Position numbers and translations under genes: made by a program | NCBI GenBank assembly: GCA_951406725.2 | Contig: OX597814.1 | Span: forward strand, 133,548,001-133,612,000 | Source of the DNA: Octopus vulgaris | Taxonomy: Eukaryota | Direction: 5' to 3' | Length of the DNA: 64,000 bases | Shown: positions 1-11,569 of the stretch, one piece after another | Layout of the letters: each line of letters begins with the position of its first letter | Numbering within the stretch: the first letter of the stretch is position 1 | Notes under the pieces: generated by a model | Databases searched by the model: none | Told to the model about the DNA's origin: nothing | Seen by the model: only the letters and a program-made list of their open reading frames with translations

Positions 1-150
1 GTATCATGTGTTGAAGACGGGGAGGATGACTCCCCTTCACAAATACTGACAGGACACAGATAGTGTGTCTATAGCCAGCGGGAGGAGGTGTCTTCCTGGG
101 GCTACAAACTACAGTAGAATCCACCCTTTTGGGTTAGCCATATTCAAATG
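1..150 (-). mobile_element. Probable 5' UTR of a non-LTR retrotransposon, structured; homologous to 53240-53296
   Basis: Minus strand ctactgtagtttgtagccccaggaagacacctcctcccgctggctatagacacactatc aligns by eye with plus 53240-53296, which precedes an RLE-domain remnant. Both lie near (TA)n arrays. Confidence 0.4.
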
Positions 151-180
151 GCATATATGCATCACGTATATATATTTATA

Positions 181-225
<45 letters not shown>

Positions 226-642
226 ATCACTCGCCATATCGCGGCTCACCTATCGCGATTTATTATTTAATCTTACGTCGTGGTGTTACCTTGCATTTAT
301 AATAAAATAAATATATACAGATTATAAAAATAATTTTAAAAATATATAGTACAGTACTGTTTCTAATTCGCAGATTTTCACCTATCGTTGGGGTTTTGGA
401 AACGTAACACCAGGGATTACTGTATATATGTATGTATATTTCCTTCCTGACATTTTTTGTCTTCTTTCTATACTCAGTTACTTTATCTTGCACTCCTTAT
501 GCTTCGCTTATTCTTTCCTTTTTATGAATTACTAAAGTCCTAAAATGTAACCCATGCTTCTTCATTGAAAAGTAAAATTAATACCATATTTGACAAAGTT
601 TGTTGTTGATGTGTGACTCGTCATGTTTATTGTCTAAAAACT

Positions 643-773
<131 letters not shown>

Positions 774-931
774 TTAACAAATTTTCCCTACTGAGGCTTT
801 TCACGCTAACTGATTAATTCTTATAAAGAATTTATCCTATTTTTAAATTGTTAATTTAACCGGAATATATTCAGTGCCGAATTTTATTCTGAATAAATAC
901 GTCTACCGAGATACAATTCGAAAAGCCCGCC

Positions 932-1016
<85 letters not shown>

Positions 1017-1039
1017 AACAATTCTATGTACTATGCTGG

Positions 1040-1215
1040 ATCCATTTGGTGTTCGTCTGATATATTGATGTTTTGTTTATTTTTATGTGTCTTGATTATG
1101 TCTGCACTGACGATTAAAAAGTGCATTTCATGCACTAATTTTGAGATCATATGATCTGCGGCTGAATCTGTTTTTAAAAGGCTCTCTTCGAGAGTTGCAT
1201 TCCCTTGCGGTCGGT
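1040..1215 (-). mobile_element. Possible decayed Penelope-like GIY-YIG C-terminal fragment
   Basis: ORF 1031-1219 contains SAADHM..VH..HF...IIKTHKNK, resembling the S..ADH...H.....F.I tail of PLE endonucleases. Heavily diverged. Confidence 0.3.
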
Positions 1216-2379
1216 ACAATATGTTTATTTAAGAGTCCCTCCTAGCGTGAGGCATTTATGTATAGTAATGCCCTTAATATAAACAAATATATTTAAAGGG
1301 AATAATTAATAAATTTTTGTATGCCCGTCGTACAAATCTGTCATATCCGTAAAATATGAACATTAAAAGAGGGTCGATGAACTAAAATTTCAAGTACCAT
1401 TAGATTTTCATCGGCGATCACCAAAGCTAGTTTAATTTTATCATGTCCTGACGATGGCTTCAGATACAATTTCATAATGGTCAATTAAGAATTGGGTAAG
1501 ATTTCAACGATATTTCGAGTTGTAGCACTTAATTCATAAAATATTTTAAACTCTTTATCTCATGTCGTAATTGATAGAATTTTAGTAGTGATTCGAATTC
1601 ATGTTCAGAAAAAATACTTTTCTACGTTTGGGTTAAACGAAGCGTTTGCTCGTGCTCTTGTTACCAGATTGTGGCAGGAAATACAAAAGAAAATTGTTAT
1701 CGATAATTTGTAATTTACAAGAAATAATTCCTCTATATGGATACACAGGAATTTTATATTCCATTTTCTATGCAAGACACTATACCTATCAATCTACTAA
1801 TTTTTTTTTTCGAAACTCGAGTCTCTGCTAATTTCCAGTTAATTTTCTATCACAAAGTGTCATTGCTTTGCAAAACTATTGTAGCTAATGTCTTTGTACG
1901 GTACTTCTGATATAGCTCTCTGCCACCTCGAATTGCTCAACCGGGTGAATTTATATTTGATGATGACCTTGTTCCGTGAACTCGGCTATACTGGCAAAGT
2001 CTGACCGCTACGTATGTTTTAATTTCATGACCACAGAGAATGGGCTTCCACCAGAATTCCCCAGTTCTCTCCTAACTCGGAACAGTAAACTCCAAGCAGT
2101 ATCCAAGAAGCAGGCGCTGTCTGAGCCGCAATGGTTTGTGGCTCGAGTGAGGAGTAAGGTGTACGTTTACATTTTCTACGTTAGATCGATCGTTTAATTG
2201 CTAAAATGTTTCACAAATACTCTGCATGCCCTGCGTATATTACAGCAATGTCCGTTAAATGTTATACTTGCTGACCGTAAAATTGCAAAAGATATGTTTT
2301 TATTGAGATATGAGATGAAAGAAAATATTAGATGACAACTACTTTACCTTTTTTCATCGCAATATTTTGTTGCTGAAAT

Positions 2380-2612
2380 AAGGCGGTGAATTTGCATAAT
2401 CTTTACTACGCCTGGCAGAATCATTACCGCGTCATACAAAATGCTTAATTACATTCTGTCCGTCTTTACACTCTGAGCTCAAATTCTGAGGAAGTCGACT
2501 TTTACTTTCAACCTTTTGGGGTAGATAAGATAAGTACCAGTTGTGTACTGGAATCAGTGTAATTGAATATCCCATCCCCTGAATCTTCTGGCCGTGTGCC
2601 AAAATTTGAAAC
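2380..2612 (+). mobile_element. tRNA-derived SINE with Nin/Deu-like central domain (family 2)
   Basis: Head aaggcggtga..tggcagaatc and core actttcaaccttttggggtagataagataagtaccag; related copies at 18265-18710, 30315-30610 and 39453-39654. Confidence 0.7.
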
Positions 2613-3736
2613 CAAAATTTTGTCGATGACATTATTCAACGACAATGTAGGCGCATAGTAATGGGCTAAGTATCAAGAATCGAGACGGTCAATAAATTTT
2701 ATGCAACTTGTTTTTATCGGTCTGGAATAGATAATTCCGAGAAATTTAATTAGTCTCAAATGTCATCCATATAAAAATGTGATTGATTGTTATGTGAGTG
2801 AAATGTATATACTAATTAAAACATTAAAAAAGAACACAGAAAAAATTCATATACGCGATAAAATATACTTTATGTATCTCCAAAAATATATTCTTTGAAA
2901 TAAAAGCCATGGATTATTAATAGCCTCTAGCTATGTTATTTGAATCGAAATCATAATTTATTCTAAAGATTGTATATAATTCTCAAATGAGGTGGACTGT
3001 TTTCCTTAGATCTGTGAAGCATTTTATTTACAAGGAAGTTTTTTTTCAAATCAACTATCAAACGTACATAATTGTATACATATATGACAAACATTACTGT
3101 ACATCAAATGTAAATGATATAAATATTGGGTAACTCTAGCTAATATACACAGACATTTTCAAAAACTAGTCTCCTATCACAGAATTCAAATATTTATACT
3201 GCATAATTAGTGGAGAATTATGAAACAAATTACTAAAAGAAAATTGATAAAATATTATTAAATTTATATGTGAATAGATAATACTAATTAAAAATCTGTG
3301 TAGAAGAAAAGACAAGTTTTCTTGGAACACCGAGACGGATCGTTGTATCGCTTCCCATTGAAGGCAATTCAATTCACTTTTACATGTAATTATGGTCTTG
3401 TTTAGAATATTTTTTTGTGACAAACAAAAATGAAGGAGCTTCTAGTTAGTAACCAAGTCTACTAAATATAGCAGCCACCTCTACTGGAAGGCATGCATCT
3501 ATCTTGAAAAGTGTTATATTGGATAACGAAATCTAGATACAAAAATAACGGAAAAGAACCTAGAGTAAATGTTCACATAGTAGCGATTCAATCTCAAAAA
3601 GTTATAAGCAGAACAACCAAAGCCTTTGCCTCTAAATTCAATGCATTAAAATGGATCAATAGAATGAAAACAATCTAAAAAGAAATTGGAGTTAAGAGAT
3701 TCAACAATATAAAATCTTTTCCCAAATTAACAACAA

Positions 3737-3809
3737 TTTACTCACTGTTTTAGATTTATCTTCGTTTTCGCAGTTTGAATACGAAGATAAAACTAAAATA
3801 GTGAGTAAA
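3737..3809. repeat. 33-bp inverted repeat with 7-nt loop (hairpin)
   Basis: Arms 3737-3769 and 3777-3809 are reverse complements with 3 differences, one a G-U pair on the + strand. Confidence 0.85.
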
Positions 3810-3899
3810 AAAATAAATATATACTTTAAGAAACAATTTGATTAAACTTGTATGAGAAACATACTTAATTCAGACTTTATAAATACTATTGTTGTGATT

Positions 3900-4260
3900 T
3901 ACCGGTGATTCCTAATTCGAGGTGCAGCAATAGAAGAGAATATGATCAAAAACTGCGTGTACTCCATCCCATGCAGCTGTGGTAGATTATAGAAATACGA
4001 AACATGCAGCCCCCTCTAAATAAAGGGAGAGGAACATGGCAAAGCTTTGATACGAGGAGATATTGATAAATCGGGTATAGCTGATCATGTATGGAAAAAA
4101 TGGAGACCACCTCCCTCTGTGGGATGAAGTTAAAATAGTAGACAGAGATCACCACTGGAAAATACGAAAACTAAAAGAAGCAGACCGAGTGCAGATATGA
4201 ATAGCATATGGGAACCGGTATTAAGGCAGGATAGGAAAATATTAGATTTATAAGCCCTAA
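3900..4260 (+). mobile_element. Penelope-like element fragment, GIY-YIG endonuclease, disrupted
   Basis: Translates as NCVYSIPCSCGRL*KYETCSPL*IKGEEHGKALIRGDIDKSGIADHVW / DHLPLWDEVKIVDR / HWKIRKLKEA with stops and frameshifts; same family as 25815-26120. Confidence 0.85.
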
Positions 4261-4323
4261 ATTTCACTCCATAATTGCCCACGGCGTAGTGGTTAAGAGC
4301 GCAGGCTACTAACCCCATGCCTG

Positions 4324-4369
4324 AATAATAATAATAATGATGATGATGATGATAATAATAATAATAATG

Positions 4370-4429
<60 letters not shown>
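4324..4429. repeat. (TAA)n/(TGA)n microsatellite, target array of the R4/Dong-like element
   Basis: Directly visible; abuts the truncated 5' end of the element. Confidence 0.95.
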
Positions 4430-4434
<5 letters not shown>

Positions 4435-5372
4435 AGCACATGAAAATTTAGCTAGCAGATGGGAACAGAAACCTCTCCATGTCAAGTATGTGACCCGTAG
4501 CAAACAAGCTGATGTCGACCAGAAACACACGCACCAATGGTTACGAAGCTCAGGGCTAAAAGCAGAGAGTGAAGGTTTCATATTAGCTGCTCAAGACCAA
4601 AGCTTATTAATCCGGAACTACCAAGCCAATGTGATGAAAAATGGAGCTGACCCAAAATGCCGATTCTGTAACGATGAGATTGAAACAATAGACCACCTAA
4701 TCTCAGAGTGTAGAGTCTTAGCACCTGCAGAATATAAAGCGAGACATGACAGAGTCGGCCAGTATTTACATTGGACAATATGTCGGCATTATAAAATCAA
4801 AACCGCTGACAAATGGTATAAGCATCTTCCTGAAGCTGTGACTGAGGGAGAAAATGTGCAGACCGACAAGACTATAAAAGCTAATAAACCGGATATTATT
4901 ATAAAAGATCAGAGAAAAAGGATGTGTTTATTAATTGACACGAGTATTCCCCGTGATCACAATATAGCGGCGAAAGAATTTCACAAGATTAGTAAATATA
5001 AAGACCTGCTAATAGAAATTGAAAAAAATGTGGCATCTCAAGGCGACTACAGTACCAGTGATTGTAGGATCTCTAGAAATGATAAAAAAGGTACTGAAAC
5101 CTATTTGAAAATGATTCCAGGCTTACCATCCCTAGAGGAAGTGCAAAAAATCGTATTAACTGGAACGGCTCATGTACTGAGAAGAGCACTGTCGCTGTGA
5201 AAATAACATCCATCCATGAATTTATTTATTTATTAATTTTTAAATACATATGTTATCTGTGAATTTGCGCGTGTAATCTGGGAATGCATACAATGCCCTT
5301 CTCTGCTCTAGGTGTATGGAAAACACTCGGCGAGAAACGGAAGAAAATTTGAAGAAAGAAGGAAAAAACATA
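4430..5372 (+). mobile_element. 5'-truncated R4/Dong-like non-LTR retrotransposon (CCHC zinc knuckle, RLE endonuclease, 3' UTR)
   Basis: ORF 4337-5200: AAQDQSL, CRFC..EIETIDHLISEC, RHD, KPDIII, K.SKYKDL, QKIVLTGTAHVLRRAL*. Frameshifted near 5028; (TAA)n on both sides. Confidence 0.9.
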
Positions 5373-5375
5373 ATG

Positions 5376-5434
<59 letters not shown>

Positions 5435-5572
5435 AAGAAGAAGAAGAAGAAGAAGAAGAAGAAGAAGAAGAAGAAGAAGAAGAAGAAGGGAACCGAAAAT
5501 TCTTCTTCTTCTTCTTATTATTATTATTATTATTATTAAGAATTTTCGGTTCCCTTCTTCTTCTTATTATTA

Positions 5573-5885
5573 TAGGAATGATCAAGAAGGGAACCGAAAA
5601 TTATATGAGAATGATCCCTGGCTTACCATCCCTGCAAGAAGTGCAAAAGATTGTCTTAACTGGTACATCACTCGTATTTAGAAGAGCATCGTCGCTGTGA
5701 GAACTATTACTACCCATGTATTTTAATTTAACTTTTAAAAAAAAATGAAAGAACTATTGAGTTTAGTTTAATGGCCTACCAATGTATACTATGAGTTTCT
5801 TTGCCCTAGGAGTCGGGAAGACACTCGGCAAGAAATGGAAGCAAATTTGAAAGAAGAAGAAAAAAAAAATAATAATAATGTAATG
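5573..5885 (+). mobile_element. Second, shorter 3'-end copy of the same R4/Dong-like family
   Basis: GMIKKGTENYMRMIPGLPSLQEVQKIVLTGTSLVFRRASSL*, then a 3' UTR similar to 5200-5372 and an (AAT)n tail. Confidence 0.85.
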
Positions 5886-5894
5886 ACAACATCG

Positions 5895-6050
5895 AAAGAT
5901 ACCTTAGGAATGAGAACCTAGGTCCGAAATTTCCCCAAGACACATGATGAAGGCTGGAGGGTAAAGCAGCCGAAACGTTGTGTTAACAACAAAAAAGATG
6001 AGGACAAATATCCGTCAAATCTAAATAATGTAGATAATGTAAATAAAGAA
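5895..6050 (+). mobile_element. Short Penelope pLTR-like element, family A, with a mutated hammerhead motif (5940-5984)
   Basis: acac-Atgatga-a-ggctg-gagggtaaag-cagcc-gaaa-cgtt-gtgt (C3 changed to A); homologous to 9665-9815 on the minus strand. Confidence 0.75.
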
Positions 6051-6490
6051 AGAAATATATTTAGACGATAGACAGACAGATAGATAGATTAAAGTGTTAA
6101 GTGTAATATTCATTATAGTTAAGAATGAAGAACCAATTTCTGAATGTTTCTAAACTGTCGTATTAACACTAATATATTATGAGCATTCAGTCGTGGAAAC
6201 GTCAGTCAAATAGATAACTAGTAATTTACAAAATATTGTAGTTATAAGTCATTGTAAGAAGAAATACCTATTAATCAGAGCGCTTAAATAGTAACTATTA
6301 CTCTTCCAATCAATACGTACATAAGATATCCCGAGAGACTTAGAAAATACTTTTTCAATATACAGAAACAACTGGCTGAAACATTATACAACCATGCAAG
6401 TTACCTCTTTAATGTTCAATAATAAATATACGTGCCTCACACACACACGTAGATGGATGGATGGATGGAAAGAGTGACAGATGTGTGTGT

Positions 6491-6535
<45 letters not shown>

Positions 6536-6554
6536 TGTGTGTGTGTGTGAGTTA

Positions 6555-6790
6555 ACTGGCGGTCCGTCGGTTTCGAAAAATTAACATGCAAGTAACTGAG
6601 CACTTCACAAACCCGCGCACCTTTAACGTTAGTTTTGAGGGAAATTCAGCGTGGCGCAGAAAGTAACATGTGTGGGCATTTGAAAAACAGGCTCTACACA
6701 TTGTTACCAGTTGCGTGAACAACGGCAACGTGAAATAAAGCCTCTTGCCCTGGAATAAAATGTGCCGCCGGCTATCAAGTTCACTGTCTG
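6555..6790 (-). mobile_element. Decayed tRNA-derived SINE
   Basis: Contains gcaacgtgaaataaagcctcttgccc, the reverse of a CORE/Meta-like ggcaag..actttatttcac motif. Diverged. Confidence 0.4.
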
Positions 6791-6901
6791 ACGATCAAGT
6801 ACTGAATATCAAAACAACTTAAGCCGCGCAACTTCACACACGCGCACACACACACCTGTGCAGACACACACACACACAACCACACACATATACAAAGAGA
6901 C

Positions 6902-6954
<53 letters not shown>

Positions 6955-6959
<5 letters not shown>

Positions 6960-7150
6960 AATCCAAACATGAACAAGCAAGAGAAAACAACAACGCGAGG
7001 ACGTGGAATAAGTACAGTGATGTTGGACGCTCAGGAAAGGAAAGAAAAGAAAGAGGATTTCACGCTTCGAGCGGAGATTTTCATCAGAAATATAGAAAAA
7101 GGAAAGATCCATGGAAGGGAAGACAGAAAAGACAGAAGAAGAAAAAAATG
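6955..7150 (-). mobile_element. Short pLTR-like element, family B, with a decayed hammerhead motif (7058-7090)
   Basis: Homologous to 21222-21410. Minus strand ttt-ctgatga-aaatctccgctc-gaag-cgtg-aaa has a broken stem II and GAAA; abuts (TA)n. Confidence 0.7.
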
Positions 7151-7357
7151 TGTTTATATCTTTGCAGCTGGTCACTTCTTTCAATAAAAAGTGATTCCTG
7201 TCCTTTAAAAATTGTAACCATTTCTATTGAATGGTAAGCATGTCTATGGAAAGAACTGACAAGCTGTATTGAAGTAAACACATTTTTTTCTTTCTTCTTT
7301 TTCTTCTCTTTTCCATTGACAACCGCTATATATATATATATATATATACATATATAT

Positions 7358-7630
7358 CACCGTGACCGACCAGGCTATCAGATGTTGCTACACATCGCTG
7401 GTCACAATGCGCTGGTCACAAATGACGCCACCCCGCTGGCTAAGCGAGCAGGCCAACAGAAGAAATAGTGAGAGAAAGTTGTGGCGAAAGAGTACAGCAG
7501 GGATCGCCACCCCCATCCTGGAGCTTTAGGCGTTTTTGCTCAATAAACATTCACAACGCCTGGTCTGGGAATCGAAACCGCGATCCTACGACCGCGAGTC
7601 CGCTGCCCTAACTACTGGGCCATTGCACCT
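7358..7630 (-). mobile_element. tRNA-derived SINE (family 3)
   Basis: Minus-strand head aggtgcaatggcccagtagttagggcagcggactcgcggtcgtaggatcgcggtttcgattccc has A- and B-box-like motifs; its 3' tail recurs at 32444-32563. Confidence 0.75.
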
Positions 7631-7631
7631 T

Positions 7632-7797
<166 letters not shown>

Positions 7798-8207
7798 ACA
7801 TGTATATATGACATTTGGTATTAATCGTTTCATCTGTTGGAAACATATATTTTCTGGACTATTTCTCATCGGTTTGAGTTGACATTAACTTGCTATATGT
7901 TTCTGGAGTTTAACCTATTTACTGATTACCAACTGGCTTCGAAATCTGTCTATTTTCCAATATATTTCCATACAGAAATTTTTCCCTTCATACCGATATA
8001 GCATTTTGCTATTTTCGCGATCACCACTTTAGAAGTTACGAAGCAGTAACTTACATAATTTAGGAGCTGACCGAGTGTAAATGAAAAATATATTTCAGTA
8101 TTTCACTTAACAAAACTGCTAATATGTGAATATACTTTTTAACTTTCCATATTTTAATATTACATAGCTTTTGACGGAACAATCAACATGAACAATATAT
8201 ATCTATA

Positions 8208-9438
8208 CAAGTGTTGGAGAAAATAATGGAAACACCTCGCATCATAGCATCATAATTTTGAAATATCTATGAAACCATCAAAAGCTTGTTTATTTTTATG
8301 CTTTTTGATTAATTATTAGTGTTGCTTAATATCTTTTGCTAAAATTCCTGTTTCTTTTCAGATATCAACAGAAAAAGGTAATTAAAATTCATTAACATGA
8401 CAGATCTATCGGACCTTCAAAGAGGTCAAATTGATGGGGCTCGTATAGCTGGCTCTAGCGTAACGAAAACAACCGAAATGCTTCGTGTATCAAGAAGTAC
8501 TGTCTCGAAAGTAATAACAACCTTTGAGAAAGAGGGAAAAACCTACACGTCGAAACAAAACTTTGGAAGAAAACCAAAACTTTCAGATAGGGACTGTCGG
8601 ACTCTTACGCGAATTTTTAGAAAGGTTCACAATAGTGCAGCTCCCAAAATCACTTCAGAGCTTAATGACCACCTCGAGAACCCAGTTTCCACAAAAACAG
8701 TTCGCCGGGAGCTGCACAAAGCCGGATTTGACGGGAGGGCTGCAATCAGAAAACCACTACTTTCAAAAACAAACGTTGCAAAGCGTTTAGAGTGGAGTAA
8801 AAACATACAGAATTGGTCTCTAGAGCAGTGGAAGTATGTGATTTTCTAGGACGAGTCGTCCTTTACCTTACTTCCCACCACCGGCCGAGTATACGTGTGG
8901 AGAGAGCCTAATGTAGCATTTGATTCAGACTGCCTTCTTCTAACTGTTAAGCATGGAGGATGGTGATGATCTGGGGGGGTAGGGGCGATATCTTGGCAAA
9001 ATTAATAATCAAGACTATTTGAGCATTTTATCTGATCAAATTCATCTTATGGTTGAGGAACTTTCTCCGGAGGGAAACGCAATCTTTCAGGATGATAATG
9101 CACCAATTCACACAGCTAAAATTGTTACTGAATGGCACGAGGAACATTCTAGTGAAGTTGAACACCTTATCTGCAAACACAGTCCCCATATCACGATATT
9201 ATTGAACATGTATGGTGCATTTTAGCAAAACAAGTAAGGAGTCGATATCCTCCACCATCATAACTGCAAGAACTGGAGACAGTTTTAGCAGAAGAACGGA
9301 CAAAAATTCCTTTGGAAACAATTCAAACTTTGTATGAGTCCATACCTCATAGATTTCAAGCTGTAATTACTGCCAAAGGCATATTTAAATGAATTTGTTT
9401 GAAATTTTAATGTGTTTCTATTATTTTGTCCTACCCCC

Positions 9439-9439
<1 letters not shown>
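8208..9439 (+). mobile_element. Near full-length decayed Tc1 DNA transposon
   Basis: Imperfect ~30-bp TIRs (caagtgttggagaaaataatggaaacac / gtgtttctattattttgtcctacccccg) flanked by TA. Transposase from 8397: HTH region, GRKPKLS, VIF*DES, QDDNAPIH, IEHVW; stops and frameshifts. Confidence 0.9.
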
Positions 9440-9522
<83 letters not shown>

Positions 9523-9739
9523 CTATGTATGTATGTATATATACATACACATACAAACATAATTCATACATACATATACACACACACACATATATATAGA
9601 TACTGAGAGAGAGATGAGTAAACACTTCAGTTGGCACTCACTAGGCATTACAGTTCTATATTTATTAGATGAGGAATTATGTCCATCATTTATATTATTT
9701 ACATTCCACGGATATTTGTACTCATCTTCTTTGTTGTTA

Positions 9740-9783
9740 ACACAACGTTTCGGCTGACATACCCTCCAGCCTTCATCAGGTGT
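9740..9783 (-). ncRNA. Minimal type I hammerhead ribozyme, intact core (family A)
   Basis: Minus strand ACAC-CUGAUGA-A-GGCUG-gaggguaugu-CAGCC-GAAA-CG-UU-GUGU: 4-bp stem I, 5-bp stem II, palindromic AACGUU in place of stem III. Confidence 0.8.
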
Positions 9784-9879
9784 ATTGGGGGAAATGGGTT
9801 TGATTATTCCTCAGATATTGACAGAACATCAAATCCATTTATACATTTGATAATCTAGACTGCATGTTTATGATTATCA

Positions 9880-10240
9880 GCACTGAAATGGGGTAGGATA
9901 TGATTGGTAATTCCAGGTATCCCATAGCACCCAGCTTCATGAAGCTTACGACGGTTTTCGTGGACACATGTTTAGCAGGGTTATGGTTTAGCTGTACTGT
10001 CACTTTTGCAGCTGTAGTTCGATGATTTATAGACACTATACGTTTCACTACTCAGCGGTTCATGTATGTGAGCTTTGTCATCTGTCTAGAATTGTTTGTC
10101 GGAGTTGGTTTAAACTTGGTTTGGAACGGTGAGATGATTTTAGAGGCTAAAGCTCACGGAACATTAAACATTTTAGCAGCTTTAGTAAATGAAGCTCCAA
10201 ACATCATCTCTCTTGTGAAATTAGGTAGAAAAAATGCAAG
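9880..10240 (-). mobile_element. Tc1 transposase N-terminal fragment
   Basis: KRIVSINHRTTAAKVTVQLNHNPAKHVSTKTV matches the HTH region of the Tc1 at 8397-8849. Confidence 0.75.
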
Positions 10241-10420
10241 AAGCTACAGCATGACGTTGAAGGCATATATAAGGCAAATGGTCAAGATTAATCAGCCGAA
10301 ATTACTACGATGATACGGTTCTTGACTGAAGACTGAGGGCTTCGAATGTCCTGTCTGTGTTTGTTGTATCGTCTTCTAAGTGTTATGCGTTCTTGTCACA
10401 GTTTGTATTTTCTCCATATC

Positions 10421-10486
<66 letters not shown>

Positions 10487-10699
10487 CAGTCGTATTGCTA
10501 ATAAAATGAATAGTGAAATATAAAGAGATGTTTCCACGATTTCATATATATATATAAACACATATTCCTTCCGCTTTCGCTTGTGGAAAGACGTACTTTT
10601 TGTACTCCTGAAACAACCGATCTAAAAGTGACCAAAAAGAAACGTAGTACTTGTTATTTCATAACGGTCTACTATAATATATTGGTAAAAAAAAATAAT

Positions 10700-10871
10700 A
10701 GGCGCAGGAGTGGCTGTGTGGTAAGTAGCTTGCTTACCAACCACATGGTTCCGGGTTCAGTCCCACTGCGTGGCATCTTGGGCATGTGTCTTCTACTATA
10801 GACTCGGACCGACCAAAGCCTTATGAGTAGATTTGGTAGACGGAAACTGAAAGAAGTCCGACGTATATATG

Positions 10872-10921
<50 letters not shown>

Positions 10922-11100
10922 TCCCACAACATCGCTTGACAACCGATGCTTGTGTGTTTGCGTCCCCGTAACTTAGCCGTTCTGCAAAAGACACCGATAG
11001 AAGTACCAGGCTTACGAAGAATAAGTCCTGGGGTCGATATGCTCGACTAAAAGCGGTGCTCCAGCATGGCCGCAGTCAAATGACTGATACAAGTAAAAGA
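10700..11100 (+). mobile_element. Full-length tRNA-derived SINE with CORE-like motif and internal microsatellite (family 1)
   Basis: A box tggctgtgtgg, B box ggttcagtccc, cttgggcatgtgtctt, internal (TA)(TG) array, tail gcggtgctccagcatggccgcagtcaaatgactg; many copies in the window. Confidence 0.85.
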
Positions 11101-11569
11101 GTATATTACACTAAAAGTTTAACATATTACATGAAAATCAGCGACGCAAGCCAGAGTTATCCTCAAAGAAAGCTCGTAGTAATAAATCGTACTTTCATAA
11201 ATAGCCGTGTGTAAAGAGTATTCGATTTTTCTTTGAAGCATAACTTCTACATACATGAACAAGAATTGGAATTTTGCTTCTTGGGAATAAGTGTCCTATT
11301 CATTTTGTTTATTTTGTTTTATCTTTGGTAATACCGGATGAAAATTTGAGTTAAGACGTATTGTTTGTTTACATTCTATTTGAAAATTTACAGTAGCAAA
11401 TTCCTTACGAAGCATCTTTTTATCACTATCGTTTTTCATTTAAACTTTTTCTTAGAGCCACCTTTTCGTTTACATTCTGTTTGAAAAATTTACGGTAGCA
11501 ATTTCGTTACGAAATCACTTTCCTTTCATTTTATCTTTTTTTGTTCTATTACATCGGCCCTCTCGCTCT

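Noticed and set aside
2037-2158. Possible exon ENGLPPEFPSSLLTRNSKLQAVSKKQALSEPQWFVARVRSK between cag and gt
   Set aside because: Weak polypyrimidine tract and donor, no recognisable domain, no partner exons.
4277-4317. tRNA-like 5' half (ggcgtagtggttaagagcgcaggct)
   Set aside because: Truncated before the T arm; most likely a SINE head fragment. The other tRNA-like sequences are also SINE heads.
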